Assembly: GCA_007375645.1 (NCBI GenBank) | Contig: VMER01000001.1 | Span: 403,576 to 450,774, forward strand | Reading direction: 5' to 3' | Length of the DNA stretch: 47,199 nt | Source of the DNA: Parcubacteria group bacterium LiPW_15 | GTDB lineage: Bacteria; Patescibacteriota; Minisyncoccia; UBA6257; 2-01-FULL-56-20 | Shown here: positions 34,139-43,201 of the stretch, in pieces | Numbering within the stretch: the first letter of the stretch is position 1 | How the letters are laid out: each line of letters begins with the position of its first letter | Made by a program: the position numbers and the translations under genes | Notes under the pieces: model-generated | Databases searched by the model: none | Seen by the model: only the letters and a program-made list of their open reading frames with translations | What the model was told of the DNA's origin: nothing

Positions 34139-34166
34139 ATATTACCATAAAGCCTAAGAAGTGCAA
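34139..34166 (-). promoter_or_regulatory. Putative secE-nusG promoter
   Basis: TTGCAC (34166-34161), 16-nt spacer, TAATAT (34144-34139), preceded by TGG. Confidence 0.5.
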
Positions 34167-34286
34167 GTTTATCCCGCCTTTGGGGGCGGTGGACCTTTTT
34201 TATGAAAAACGCCCCGGCCCTGCCTACCGTCAGGCAGGCGAAGCCGGGGCGAAACTGTGACGAACGAAAAAGAATGAAGCTGGAAG

Positions 34287-34682
34287 CTAGAACCCGTAGA
34301 CGGCCCAGCCCGCGGCCTTTACGGCTGCGAGGAGAGTTCCACCCTTCGAGGCGAAGATAAGCCGAAGCTCGGTCTTCCCGTCGGGCAACGGAGTGACCTG
34401 GAGGAGACCGCACATGCCGGAGACCGAACGCGCAGCCCAGGAACCGTCCGACTTCTCTTCGTAGAACGAGAGCGGGTAGTCCCCGCCGTCGGGGTCATCG
34501 GTGGCCTGAAACTCAGCGTGAGCCCGGACCTCCTCAATGGAGGCAGAGACGAACTCTACCGGGTACGCCTCCCCGGTAACAGAGGCTTCGAACAGGTGAA
34601 GCTTCTGCTCCCAGGACTTCACGCCCCGAAAAGCGTTGCGAAAACCTGCGAAATCCGACACGACGATCTTGGCCTCGTACAT
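34287..34682 (-). CDS. Hypothetical GC-rich 131-aa protein
   Basis: Long ORF with a plausible globular composition. Preceded by a roughly 200-nt structured leader and a consensus promoter. Followed by compound hairpin 34211-34250. Confidence 0.55.
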   Translation of the reverse strand: MYEAKIVVSDFAGFRNAFRGVKSWEQKLHLFEASVTGEAYPVEFVSASIEEVRAHAEFQATDDPDGGDYPLSFYEEKSDGSWAARSVSGMCGLLQVTPLPDGKTELRLIFASKGGTLLAAVKAAGWAVYGF

Positions 34683-34890
34683 TTTTCCCTACTTCTTCTG
34701 CCCCGATGGGGCGGTCGGTGGATTTGAAATTGGGTCCTAACGGTTCAAGGCACAAGGCCTCTACCCAACGTCGAATCCGTTTTAACCGAGCGCGCAATCC
34801 CACCGGACAGGCCATAAGCCTGCCACTGGGCCATTCGTCGCTTGCTCTTCAAGGTGCATTCGAAGCAATCATTCAGCTTCGATTGCCCAG

Positions 34891-34919
34891 ATTATACCAT
34901 TATACGAATCGAATGTCAA
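34891..34919 (-). promoter_or_regulatory. Perfect-consensus sigma-70 promoter
   Basis: TTGACA (34919-34914), 17-nt spacer, TATAAT (34896-34891) on the minus strand, just downstream of the gyrB terminator. Confidence 0.7.
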
Positions 34920-34944
34920 GAGGTCTAGAAAAACCTTTTTTCGC

Positions 34945-34968
34945 CCAAAAGCCCCGCGAAAGCGGGGC
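34945..34968 (-). terminator. gyrB intrinsic terminator
   Basis: GCCCCGC-TTTC-GCGGGGC followed by TTTT on the minus strand. Confidence 0.75.
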
Positions 34969-34973
34969 TTCAG

Positions 34974-36911
34974 TTATACGTCCAGATTTTGAACCTTCGC
35001 CGCGTGAGTCTGTATGAACTGCTTTCTGGGCTCCACTTCGTCGCCCATCAAGATGTCGAACAAATGGTCTGCCGCCTCGGCATCCCCTATCTCGATCTGC
35101 TTCAAGATGCGGTTTTCGGGATTCATGGTCGTTTCCCAAAGCTGGTCCGGGTTCATTTCACCCAAACCTTTATAGCGGCTGACCGTCACAGTCCCCTTCT
35201 TCTCCATTTCTTTAGAGAGCTTCGCCTGCTCTTCCGGAGAATACGCATAACGTATTTCCTTTCCTTGCTGGAGTTTGAAAAGCGGCGGCTGAGCGGCATA
35301 AACATAACCGGCCTCCACCATCGGATGGAAGTAACGGTAGAAAAGAGTCATAAGCAAAGTTCGAATGTGCGCGCCGTCCACATCCGCATCGGTCATGATA
35401 ATAATTTTGTGATAACGGGCCTTGGTGACATCAAAGTCGGCTCCGATCGCCGCACCGATGGCGATAACAAGCGAACGAATTTCCGCGTTCGCTAACATTT
35501 TATCCAAACGGGATTTCTCCACGTTTAAAATTTTTCCGCGAAGCGGCAATATCGCCTGGGTCTTTCTGTCGCGGCCGGACTTCGCGCTGCCGCCTGCGGA
35601 ATCTCCCTCCACGATAAACAACTCCGATTCCTCCGCCTTCTTGGAGATGCAATCCGCGAGTTTTCCCGGAAGGGTCAGTCCTTCAAGAGCCCCCTTCCGC
35701 ATCACGGTGTCCTTCGCCGCTTTGGCGGCTTTCCTCGCGCGGGCAGCCAAAAGAACTTTCTCTATGATTCTCCTGCCCTCCTGCGGATGTTTTTCCAAAA
35801 AGTCTTTAAGCCCTTCGTTCACCACGCTTTCCACCGCGGGCCTCGCTTCCGGGGAGCCTAACCTGGCCTTGGTTTGACCTTCAAATTGAGGTTCCGGCAA
35901 TTTTACGGAAATGACCGTGATAAGCCCCTCGCGCGTGTCTTCGGCCGTAAGATTCTCGTCTTTCTCTTTTAGATAGTTTTCCGATCGAGCGTAGTTGTTC
36001 AAGGTCCTCGTTATCGCGGAACGAAAACCGGTCACGTGCGTGCCACCGTCCGGATTGTTGATGTTGTTCGCAAAACTCAATTCCTTGGTCTCGATGTCGT
36101 CTACATAGGTAAAAGCGACCTCCACTTCAACTTTTTCATATTGTTTATGTACATAAAAGATATCTTCCTGAAGAGGTTTTTTGCTGCGCGCCAAATGGCT
36201 CGCAAAAGACATCACTCCGCCCTCAAAATAGAATCCGTAAGCGGATATCGGGTCTTCTCTCCGGTCGATAAAATTCACGCGTATTCCTTTCGTCAAATAG
36301 GCTTGCTGCCTCAAGCGCTCCATTATTCTCTTTACCGAGTATTCAATGGTCTCAAAGATATCTTTATCCGCCAAAAAGATAACTTTCGTGCCGGTAATTT
36401 TTGAGGTCCCGATTTTTTTTACTTTAGCGGTGGGTTTTCCCCTCTTATACTCCTGCACGTAAAGTCCGCCCGCGCGATAAACCTCCACCCGGAGCCACTC
36501 GGAAAGCGCATTCACAACAGAAACACCCACGCCGTGCAACCCGCCGGAAACTTTGTAGCCTTCGCCGCCGAATTTTCCTCCGGCGTGAAGCGTGGTCAAA
36601 ACGGTTTCAAGCGCGGAGACTTTTGTATGCGGATGGATGTCCACCGGAATACCGCGTCCGTCGTCGAAAACCGAAACTTTATTGTCCGGCAATAATTCCA
36701 CGATTATGTTCTTCGCATGGCCGGCCATCGCTTCATCGATCGCATTGTCGGTGACTTCCCAGACAAGGTGATGTAATCCGTCCACGCCGGTTCCCCCGAT
36801 ATACATACCCGGACGCTTTCTGACCGGATCAAGTCCCTCAAGGACCATGATGTCCTTGGCTTCGTAAGATGATGTCGGTTTTTTTATTTTATCCTCTTCT
36901 TTTTTAGCCAT
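34974..36911 (-). CDS. gyrB: DNA gyrase subunit B
   Basis: 645 aa. VLEGLDPVRKRPGMYIG, GGLHGVG, EGDSAGGSAK, Toprim and a C-terminal GyrB tail. Confidence 0.95.
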   Translation of the reverse strand: MAKKEEDKIKKPTSSYEAKDIMVLEGLDPVRKRPGMYIGGTGVDGLHHLVWEVTDNAIDEAMAGHAKNIIVELLPDNKVSVFDDGRGIPVDIHPHTKVSALETVLTTLHAGGKFGGEGYKVSGGLHGVGVSVVNALSEWLRVEVYRAGGLYVQEYKRGKPTAKVKKIGTSKITGTKVIFLADKDIFETIEYSVKRIMERLRQQAYLTKGIRVNFIDRREDPISAYGFYFEGGVMSFASHLARSKKPLQEDIFYVHKQYEKVEVEVAFTYVDDIETKELSFANNINNPDGGTHVTGFRSAITRTLNNYARSENYLKEKDENLTAEDTREGLITVISVKLPEPQFEGQTKARLGSPEARPAVESVVNEGLKDFLEKHPQEGRRIIEKVLLAARARKAAKAAKDTVMRKGALEGLTLPGKLADCISKKAEESELFIVEGDSAGGSAKSGRDRKTQAILPLRGKILNVEKSRLDKMLANAEIRSLVIAIGAAIGADFDVTKARYHKIIIMTDADVDGAHIRTLLMTLFYRYFHPMVEAGYVYAAQPPLFKLQQGKEIRYAYSPEEQAKLSKEMEKKGTVTVSRYKGLGEMNPDQLWETTMNPENRILKQIEIGDAEAADHLFDILMGDEVEPRKQFIQTHAAKVQNLDV

Positions 36912-37026
36912 TTTTGACGAAAATTAGCCCGTGTCTGAGGCTAATTAACTTAAGTCCATTTTATCATTTTTCCGGGCAGAAACCAAGCCTCGGAAGAGCT
37001 GTTTTGCCCTCATAAAATAAGGGCTC

Positions 37027-38349
37027 CTAGGCCGCTTTCCGAACCAGATGCGAAACTTCCCTGGCCCATTTCCAAAGCGGTACGCCTTGCAACATTGCGC
37101 GCGCCTGCCCTAGGCCATACCCGGCCCCAAGCAGCTCATAAACCGCATCTATCGCCGCCTTAATTTTCCGTTCATAATCTTCGCCGAAAATTTCGCTTTG
37201 AGCCCTCAACACCGTGGCGCGCTCTTCCGGCTTTACTCGCCCCAAAACTTCGTCCGCCACATATTTTCCAAAAGTAGCGCGAAAATCATAAAATCCTCCT
37301 TTCCCGAAGCTGCGCCTTAGTTCTTCCATCCCGCTGCGAAAATCTTTTTCGGAAAATTCTCCTGACATTCTTGCTAAAATTTCATCTTTGGATGCCGCAG
37401 AAAGCAGGGGTAAGTAGTCTTTAAAATACAGCCTCGCCGCGACATATCTTTCCTCCTCTTTATCCGCGGACACGATCTCGTTTAAATGAGTCGACCGCGG
37501 GATTTCTTCCTCCTTCAGCATCGCAAATACCGCGTGCTGCTCTTCGTGCAAATAATTATTCTTTGATTCTTTTTTTGCCTCAGCCTCCGATTCCTCCGGA
37601 GACAAACCCTTGGCTCTGATGCGTTTTTCCAGAAGCTCCGTGTTTTCCAAGGTTACCGCATTATCGAGCCTGGATCTAAGCGTCTTATTCAACTTTATTG
37701 CCTGGCTTCCTACCGCCATGTCCAAATACTTTCCTTGATCTAGGCCGGTAAGCAAACTCTCCACCTTGATTGCGCGCATATAATCCAACTCGTCGAAACA
37801 ACGAATTAAAATACTTATCGGTCCCTGCACCACCTCCACCCGCCCCTCCGGCTTGGCGCAGAAAAGAGCATCAAAAAGTTTTTCCGCATTAATTGAAGGT
37901 TCCGCCTCACCGTTCATAAACTCCCGAAGCTCGGCGCTCACATCCCCTCTTCTCTCGGTATATTTTGAAACTATCGAAAACACTTTTAGCCTTTCTTTCA
38001 CGCTAAACCCGTACTTAATGAAAAAACTATTCGCCCTGGAAATTAATTCCTCGGCGGGCGAATCCGGATTTTCAACTATAAAATCTCGCAAGGCCACTTC
38101 CATTTCGGCCAAGCCCTCCCGTTGATAGCGATATTTTTCCTTATACTCGGCGAATCTTTCCTCTTTCTCTTTCCCGGAAAACTTCAGCGTTTTCCTCAAC
38201 TCATCTTCCGGATCAAATATTTCCCCCGGCTTTATCGGGGACTCCTTCTCTGGCGCCGGCTCCGCACCCTCTCCAAAAATATCGCCCGGCTCTACGGCAA
38301 TTTCTTCGGGTTTCTCAGCTTCGGGAAAAACTTTTTCGCTCGCTTCCAT
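37027..38349 (-). CDS. Hypothetical 440-aa protein with an acidic N-terminus
   Basis: Long uninterrupted ORF. I recognise no motif. Confidence 0.5.
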   Translation of the reverse strand: MEASEKVFPEAEKPEEIAVEPGDIFGEGAEPAPEKESPIKPGEIFDPEDELRKTLKFSGKEKEERFAEYKEKYRYQREGLAEMEVALRDFIVENPDSPAEELISRANSFFIKYGFSVKERLKVFSIVSKYTERRGDVSAELREFMNGEAEPSINAEKLFDALFCAKPEGRVEVVQGPISILIRCFDELDYMRAIKVESLLTGLDQGKYLDMAVGSQAIKLNKTLRSRLDNAVTLENTELLEKRIRAKGLSPEESEAEAKKESKNNYLHEEQHAVFAMLKEEEIPRSTHLNEIVSADKEEERYVAARLYFKDYLPLLSAASKDEILARMSGEFSEKDFRSGMEELRRSFGKGGFYDFRATFGKYVADEVLGRVKPEERATVLRAQSEIFGEDYERKIKAAIDAVYELLGAGYGLGQARAMLQGVPLWKWAREVSHLVRKAA

Positions 38350-38430
38350 AAGTCCAGTATAACATTGAAAAGCGCGCGTTTATATCCGATAAAAAAATAA
38401 ATGCCGCCCGAATCGGGCGGCGCAGGGGGG

Positions 38431-38589
38431 TCAGGACATCAAAATTGCAACGGATGCGAAAAGCACGACTCCGAGGACCGCGTCACCCTTCCACGACCTG
38501 CCGTGACGCCGCTCCAAGAACGCGCACATGAGCTTGGAACCCGCGAGGGCGCCGACGAGTGCCGGCAAGTACCACGGAATTATGGGCAT
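38431..38589 (-). CDS. Unannotated 52-aa hydrophobic peptide (two predicted TM segments)
   Basis: Found by eye, below the track cutoff. SD GAGAGGAGAAAGAA abuts the ATG at 38589. MPIIPWYLPALVGALAGSKLMCAFLERRHGRSWKGDAVLGVVLFASVAILMS. Terminator GCCGCCCG-AAT-CGGGCGGC at 38403-38421 plus a T run. Confidence 0.5.
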   Translation of the reverse strand: MPIIPWYLPALVGALAGSKLMCAFLERRHGRSWKGDAVLGVVLFASVAILMS

Positions 38590-38631
38590 TTCTTTCTCCT
38601 CTCAAGACTGCCTTAAGGCTACTCCGCAGCC

Positions 38632-39525
38632 CTACTTCTGACAACTAACGCAGAAAACCGTGGTCCTCCCGCCCAGAGTTATGTTCTTTAACTTTTTTCC
38701 GCAATTCGCGCACTCTTCGCCGCCACGCCCATAAACTTTATGCTCTCGCGCGTAGTTCCCTCGGCTTTCATCCAAAAGCATGTAGGTCGCGACCGATGAG
38801 CCGCCTGTCTCTATGGCCCTCTTCAGAATTCTTTTTATTGCCGAATAAAGTCGTCCCGCTTCTCCCGCACTCAAAGAGGATGCGGCCCGAGTCGGCCTCA
38901 CTCCCGCCTCAAAACAAACCTCATCCGCGTAAATATTTCCGAGCCCGGCCACCGCCGATTGGCCGAGAAGCACGGATTTCAGTTTGGATTTCTTATTCCT
39001 TAACGCTCCGGCAAAATATTCACGAGTAAACTCTTTTGATAGCGGCTCTGGCCCAATGTATTTAAAATGCCGCGTTTTATCGAAAGAATTTTGGTTTTTG
39101 AAATATAATAAATAGCCGAAAGTCCGAATGTCGTTGTAGTAGAGGGTTCCACGAGAAAGTTCAAAAATTATATGGGTGTGTTTATTGGGAAGTCCGGAGC
39201 GGGAAAGTTCGATCGGATGCCCGCCCTCAACGGTCTTCTTCCCTTCCCGATAGACAAATTGGCCGGACATCTTGAGGTGCACAAGAAGCAATCCCCCGCC
39301 CTTAAAACGAAAAATAAGATTCTTGGCTCGCCGCTCTATTCCCTCGATAACTTTGCCAGTTATGCCGCTTATGAACTCCGCGGTTTTTGCGCGTGAAGGC
39401 GCGCGGATATTCCCCGCTCCGGCCACAAGTTTCGGCGCCAGAACCTTAACGCTTTTCACTTTTTGTCCGACGATTTTACGTTCTAGCCCTAGACGCAAGT
39501 TTTCTACTTCAGGAAGTTCCGGCAT
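38632..39525 (-). CDS. mutM: Formamidopyrimidine-DNA glycosylase
   Basis: MPELPEVE N-terminus, H2TH region, C-terminal zinc finger CANCGKKL...CVSCQK. Confidence 0.9.
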   Translation of the reverse strand: MPELPEVENLRLGLERKIVGQKVKSVKVLAPKLVAGAGNIRAPSRAKTAEFISGITGKVIEGIERRAKNLIFRFKGGGLLLVHLKMSGQFVYREGKKTVEGGHPIELSRSGLPNKHTHIIFELSRGTLYYNDIRTFGYLLYFKNQNSFDKTRHFKYIGPEPLSKEFTREYFAGALRNKKSKLKSVLLGQSAVAGLGNIYADEVCFEAGVRPTRAASSLSAGEAGRLYSAIKRILKRAIETGGSSVATYMLLDESRGNYAREHKVYGRGGEECANCGKKLKNITLGGRTTVFCVSCQK

Positions 39526-39613
39526 TAGTAAAATTTAATACGGACAAAAGAAAAAGGCGAGCCCTTGGCTCGCCCCTGCGCCGTCGCTTCTCTCCGCCGT
39601 TATTCCTTCGCTT

Positions 39614-39793
39614 CTACTTCGGGGAAATGCGTATCTCTCCGGTGTCCGCCATTTCCACTTCGCGGCACTCGTCCGAACACCAATAGATGGACTTTCCGTC
39701 CGGCCGCCACGATTTCAGGTAGCACCCGAGCCAACGGCAGACCACGCACCTCGCCGATCCCCAAAACCCGCGGAAAACTGGAGCGTCTTTCAT
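39614..39793 (-). CDS. Unannotated 59-aa zinc-ribbon protein (C-X2-C-X19-C-X3-C, TRASH/FCS/YacG-like spacing)
   Basis: Found by eye. SD AGAGGAGG 5 nt upstream of the ATG at 39793. MKDAPVFRGFWGSARCVVCRWLGCYLKSWRPDGKSIYWCSDECREVEMADTGEIRISPK. Terminator GGCGAGCC-CTT-GGCTCGCC at about 39557-39575. Confidence 0.5.
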   Translation of the reverse strand: MKDAPVFRGFWGSARCVVCRWLGCYLKSWRPDGKSIYWCSDECREVEMADTGEIRISPK

Positions 39794-39901
39794 CTGAACC
39801 TCCTCTGCTCACAGACTATCCCTCAAAAACTCACACGTCAATTTTAAAACAAAAAGCCCCTCTAAGCAGGGGTCTTTTTGCGAATATTACCGAAGCGAGG
39901 C

Positions 39902-40225
39902 TTAGTAGCCGCCGCCGAAGTTTTTCTTGAAGCCTCCGCCTCCGCCGAAGTCGCCGCGGGAACCGCTGCGCTCTTCTCTCGGACGGGCTTCACTCACGGA
40001 GAGGTTACGGCCACCCATGTCGCTCTGGTTGAGCTTCTGGATAGCTTTCTCAGCATCTTCCGGAGTCGCCATCTCTACGAAACCAAATCCCTTGGAACGT
40101 CCAGAGAATTTGTCCGTTACGATGGTCGCGGATTCCACCACCATTCCGTCAACCGAAAAAACCTTTTTGAGATCTTCCTCGGTCGTGGTGTATGGGAGGT
40201 TTCCGACGTACAATCTTTTGTTCAT
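39902..40225 (-). CDS. RNA-binding protein with an RRM domain and a Gly-rich tail
   Basis: RNP-2 LYVGNL and RNP-1 KGFGFVEM. I chose the start at the third codon of the track ORF (MNKRLYV). Confidence 0.85.
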   Translation of the reverse strand: MNKRLYVGNLPYTTTEEDLKKVFSVDGMVVESATIVTDKFSGRSKGFGFVEMATPEDAEKAIQKLNQSDMGGRNLSVSEARPREERSGSRGDFGGGGGFKKNFGGGY

Positions 40226-40346
40226 TAACAAGCCTTACATATGTTAACCCTGTTCGACCGCGCACCTCTAAGCCGCTTAGCTGAACTTACGATGCATACA
40301 AATTATTAAAATCCTTGTTTAAGGGATAAATTACAGGGACGTCTAG

Positions 40347-40374
40347 AGTATAACATACGATAAGGATTTGTCAA
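40347..40374 (-). promoter_or_regulatory. Promoter of the RRM gene (about 115-nt leader)
   Basis: TTGACA (40374-40369), 16-nt spacer, TATACT (40352-40347). Confidence 0.6.
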
Positions 40375-40439
40375 TCTTGCCCCAAGAAACCCCACTCCTT
40401 TACATAGAGCAAGATATTGTCCTAAAGTAGGGTTATCCG

Positions 40440-41726
40440 ATGGCCCAAAAGATATATACCCCGAAAGTCATAGCGGATCCGGTATACGGCATCTTCGACA
40501 TCCGCCCAATGCTCCCGATGGTGGAGACGGAAGAATTCCAGTCTTTGGGTGAGAAAAAACAATTGGGTCTTGCCCACTTTATTTTCCCCTCCGCAACCCA
40601 CACCAGGAAAGCCCACTCTCTGGGCGCCTATAACGCGACCAAGGAACTCGCGGATCTTTGGCTCGGCCTTGGACTCATAAACGGATCCCAAGCGAAAGCG
40701 CTCTCCGCCTACGCCCTCTATCATGACATCGGCCATCCGGCCTTCTCGCACGTGACCGAAGAACTCTGCGCGAAGGACAATGACGAAATGGGAGCGGAAC
40801 TTATAGAAAAACTGGCAGGGCCTATTGAAGCGACGGGCGCCGATCCGGAAGCCGTTTTAAAGCTCGCGCGGCACGAAGACCCATTGTATCTCGCCGTGCA
40901 CGATAAAAATATCGGCATGGAGAAGCTGGATTATTTGGAACGCGATGGGTTGAATACGATTCTTTCCCGCCCGGCAGGAATAGACTATTTGAGAAAACAT
41001 ATCTATTTTGTGAACGGCGAACTGATGATAGACGAAAAAGTCGTGGACAACGCGATCGAGGTTCAGAACTTTTATCTCAAGATGTATAAGAATGTGTATC
41101 TAAGGAAAGCTTCGGTTATCGCCCAACGCATGCTCCAAAAAACAGTTTATCACTCCATCCTCTCCGGAGAACTTTCCGCCGACGATCTAGGCGGGCTAAC
41201 CGACGGAGAACTGATCGGCATCGTGCGCACCTCGGAAAACCCGGTGGCCCAAACGCTTTATGACCACTTCAAGCGCCGCGATCTTTTCCGCGAGGCGATA
41301 ACTTTGAGACACAAAGACTTTGTGGATTCCTATAACCCGACCGGCAAAAGTATCGCGGTAATCGGATTGGACACCAAAGAGATGGAAAAATTGATAGACT
41401 CCAAGTTAAATCCTAAAAACCAAAAGGATATGGAATCTCTTGAGCAAAGGATCGCGGAGCTTTCGGGCATCCCGTTTGAAGAAATATTAGCCGTACCGGT
41501 TTTTAACGCCTGGCGCTTCAAGTCCAGAGACATCAAGGTTTATTCCGAACACGGCGATCATTTATCGCTCATGGAACGCTTCCCGGCCCACTTTAAAAAT
41601 CTGGAAGAGATATCCAGGTCATATGCCGCGTTCCGCATTTGTACCACGGAAAAACATCGAGACAAACTGAGCGACAAAACGCTCGCCAAAAAGGTATTGG
41701 ATCTTCTTTTCGCGTCCGTTGGCTAA
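40440..41726 (+). CDS. HD-domain phosphohydrolase (dNTP triphosphohydrolase/SAMHD1-like)
   Basis: THTRKAHSLGAY ... YALYHDIGHPAFSHVTE ... DYLERD is the motif order of dGTPase-like HD proteins. Confidence 0.75.
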   Translation: MAQKIYTPKVIADPVYGIFDIRPMLPMVETEEFQSLGEKKQLGLAHFIFPSATHTRKAHSLGAYNATKELADLWLGLGLINGSQAKALSAYALYHDIGHPAFSHVTEELCAKDNDEMGAELIEKLAGPIEATGADPEAVLKLARHEDPLYLAVHDKNIGMEKLDYLERDGLNTILSRPAGIDYLRKHIYFVNGELMIDEKVVDNAIEVQNFYLKMYKNVYLRKASVIAQRMLQKTVYHSILSGELSADDLGGLTDGELIGIVRTSENPVAQTLYDHFKRRDLFREAITLRHKDFVDSYNPTGKSIAVIGLDTKEMEKLIDSKLNPKNQKDMESLEQRIAELSGIPFEEILAVPVFNAWRFKSRDIKVYSEHGDHLSLMERFPAHFKNLEEISRSYAAFRICTTEKHRDKLSDKTLAKKVLDLLFASVG

Positions 41727-41730
41727 ACAG

Positions 41731-43185
41731 TTAAGCTATCCGCGGGAATAGAGGCGAGACTTCGGTCCCGTTCTTTATCGCAGAGAGAATTTTTTCGCAG
41801 GCCACCGGCAAAACCGGCTCCAAAAGTTCGGCAATCGTTTTAAGTGCAGAAATAAGTTTCTGTATGTCTTTCTCCGCCGCCCCTTTGTCGGTTTTTATTT
41901 TCTTGAAAGGCTCTTCCTTTTGGATGTAACCGTCCGCCCAGGAGATCAGGGACCAAACCGAATCCACAGCCGCTTTTATTTCAAAATCTTTCATCGCCCC
42001 AGCGAAAACACCCCTTGTGTCTTCCGCCTCCGCGATATTTATCGAGGCATCATATCTAACACCGTTTGTAGAAGCCATCTTCATCACGCGGCTCGCGAGA
42101 TTCCCGAGGCCGTTTGCGAGATTCGCATTATAAGCGTCTTTGAATTTTTCGAGCGTAAAATCTCCGTCCTCGAAAGTCGGCATCTCCCGAGCGAGCCAAT
42201 AGCGCAACGCGTCCGCCCCATATTCTTTGGCGATCGTGAGAGGATCCACAACATTTCCCAAACTCTTACTCATCTTTTCTCCGCCGCTCGTAATGAATCC
42301 GTGTATCAAAATTTGCCGGGAAGTCGGCAGTCCCGCGGCCATAAGCATCGCCTGCCACATGGAAGACTGCTGGCGCAGGTTGTCTTTGCCGGCGATCTGG
42401 ATGGCATTCGGTTCGCCCAAAGTTCCCCAAAAGTCCGCAAAATTTTTCTCTTCCTCGGGCCACCCCAGGGTGGAAATATAATTGATCAACGCATCGAACC
42501 AAACGTACATAACCTGCGCCTCATCCCCCGGCACAGGTATGCCCCAAGGCATTTTGGAGGCCAGCCTCGAGATACTGAAGTCTTTAGGCCCCTCGGTCAC
42601 AAAATTCTTTATTTCGGTCAGCCGATGCGCGGGCAATACGAAATCAGGGATTTTTTCGTAAAGATCCAAAAGTTTTTGCTGAAACTCCGAGAACTTGAAG
42701 AAGTAGTTCTCTTCTTCGATCTCTTGAATGGTCAGGTTTGGGTGGATCGGACATTTGCCGTCCACGAGCTCGGATTCGGTTTTTTCGAGCTCGCAGCCCA
42801 CACAATATTTGATCTTGTAAGAACCCTTATAAATGTAGCCGTTTTTGTCGCAAAGCTTCCAAAACTCCTGCGCCGCGCTTATATGATGCGGATCCGTAGT
42901 TCTTATAAAATTCGTGTAATCCAAGTTTAGCGCGTCTTTAAGAAGCTTGAATTTCGCGGCATATTCGTCCACATAAGCCTGCGGGTCTTTCCCCTCCTCT
43001 TTGGCCTTTTCATATATCTTTGCCCCGTGCTCGTCGGTGCCGGTGTTAAAAACCACGCTTTCCCCCAAAAGCTTATTATAACGGCAGATGATATCCGCTT
43101 GCACGATTTCGAGCGCGAAGCCGATGTGCGGCGCCGCGTTCACGTACGGAAGAGTTGTGGTTAGATAAAATTTTTTGGGAGCCAT
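41731..43185 (-). CDS. metG: Methionyl-tRNA synthetase
   Basis: HIGH-type [12 protein letters not shown], zinc knuckle CVGC...C, KMSKS. Confidence 0.9.
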   Translation of the reverse strand: MAPKKFYLTTTLPYVNAAPHIGFALEIVQADIICRYNKLLGESVVFNTGTDEHGAKIYEKAKEEGKDPQAYVDEYAAKFKLLKDALNLDYTNFIRTTDPHHISAAQEFWKLCDKNGYIYKGSYKIKYCVGCELEKTESELVDGKCPIHPNLTIQEIEEENYFFKFSEFQQKLLDLYEKIPDFVLPAHRLTEIKNFVTEGPKDFSISRLASKMPWGIPVPGDEAQVMYVWFDALINYISTLGWPEEEKNFADFWGTLGEPNAIQIAGKDNLRQQSSMWQAMLMAAGLPTSRQILIHGFITSGGEKMSKSLGNVVDPLTIAKEYGADALRYWLAREMPTFEDGDFTLEKFKDAYNANLANGLGNLASRVMKMASTNGVRYDASINIAEAEDTRGVFAGAMKDFEIKAAVDSVWSLISWADGYIQKEEPFKKIKTDKGAAEKDIQKLISALKTIAELLEPVLPVACEKILSAIKNGTEVSPLFPRIA

Positions 43186-43201
43186 CTTGAAAGTCTCAAA
43201 A

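Noticed and set aside
34683-34890. tmRNA, suggested by the GGATTCGACG string
   Set aside because: There is no GGGG-type acceptor 5' end with G3:U70, no T arm or CCA-proximal acceptor strand downstream, and no tag-peptide reading frame ending in a hydrophobic tail. The region is immediately followed by a normal ORF. It is reported instead as an unclassified structured leader.
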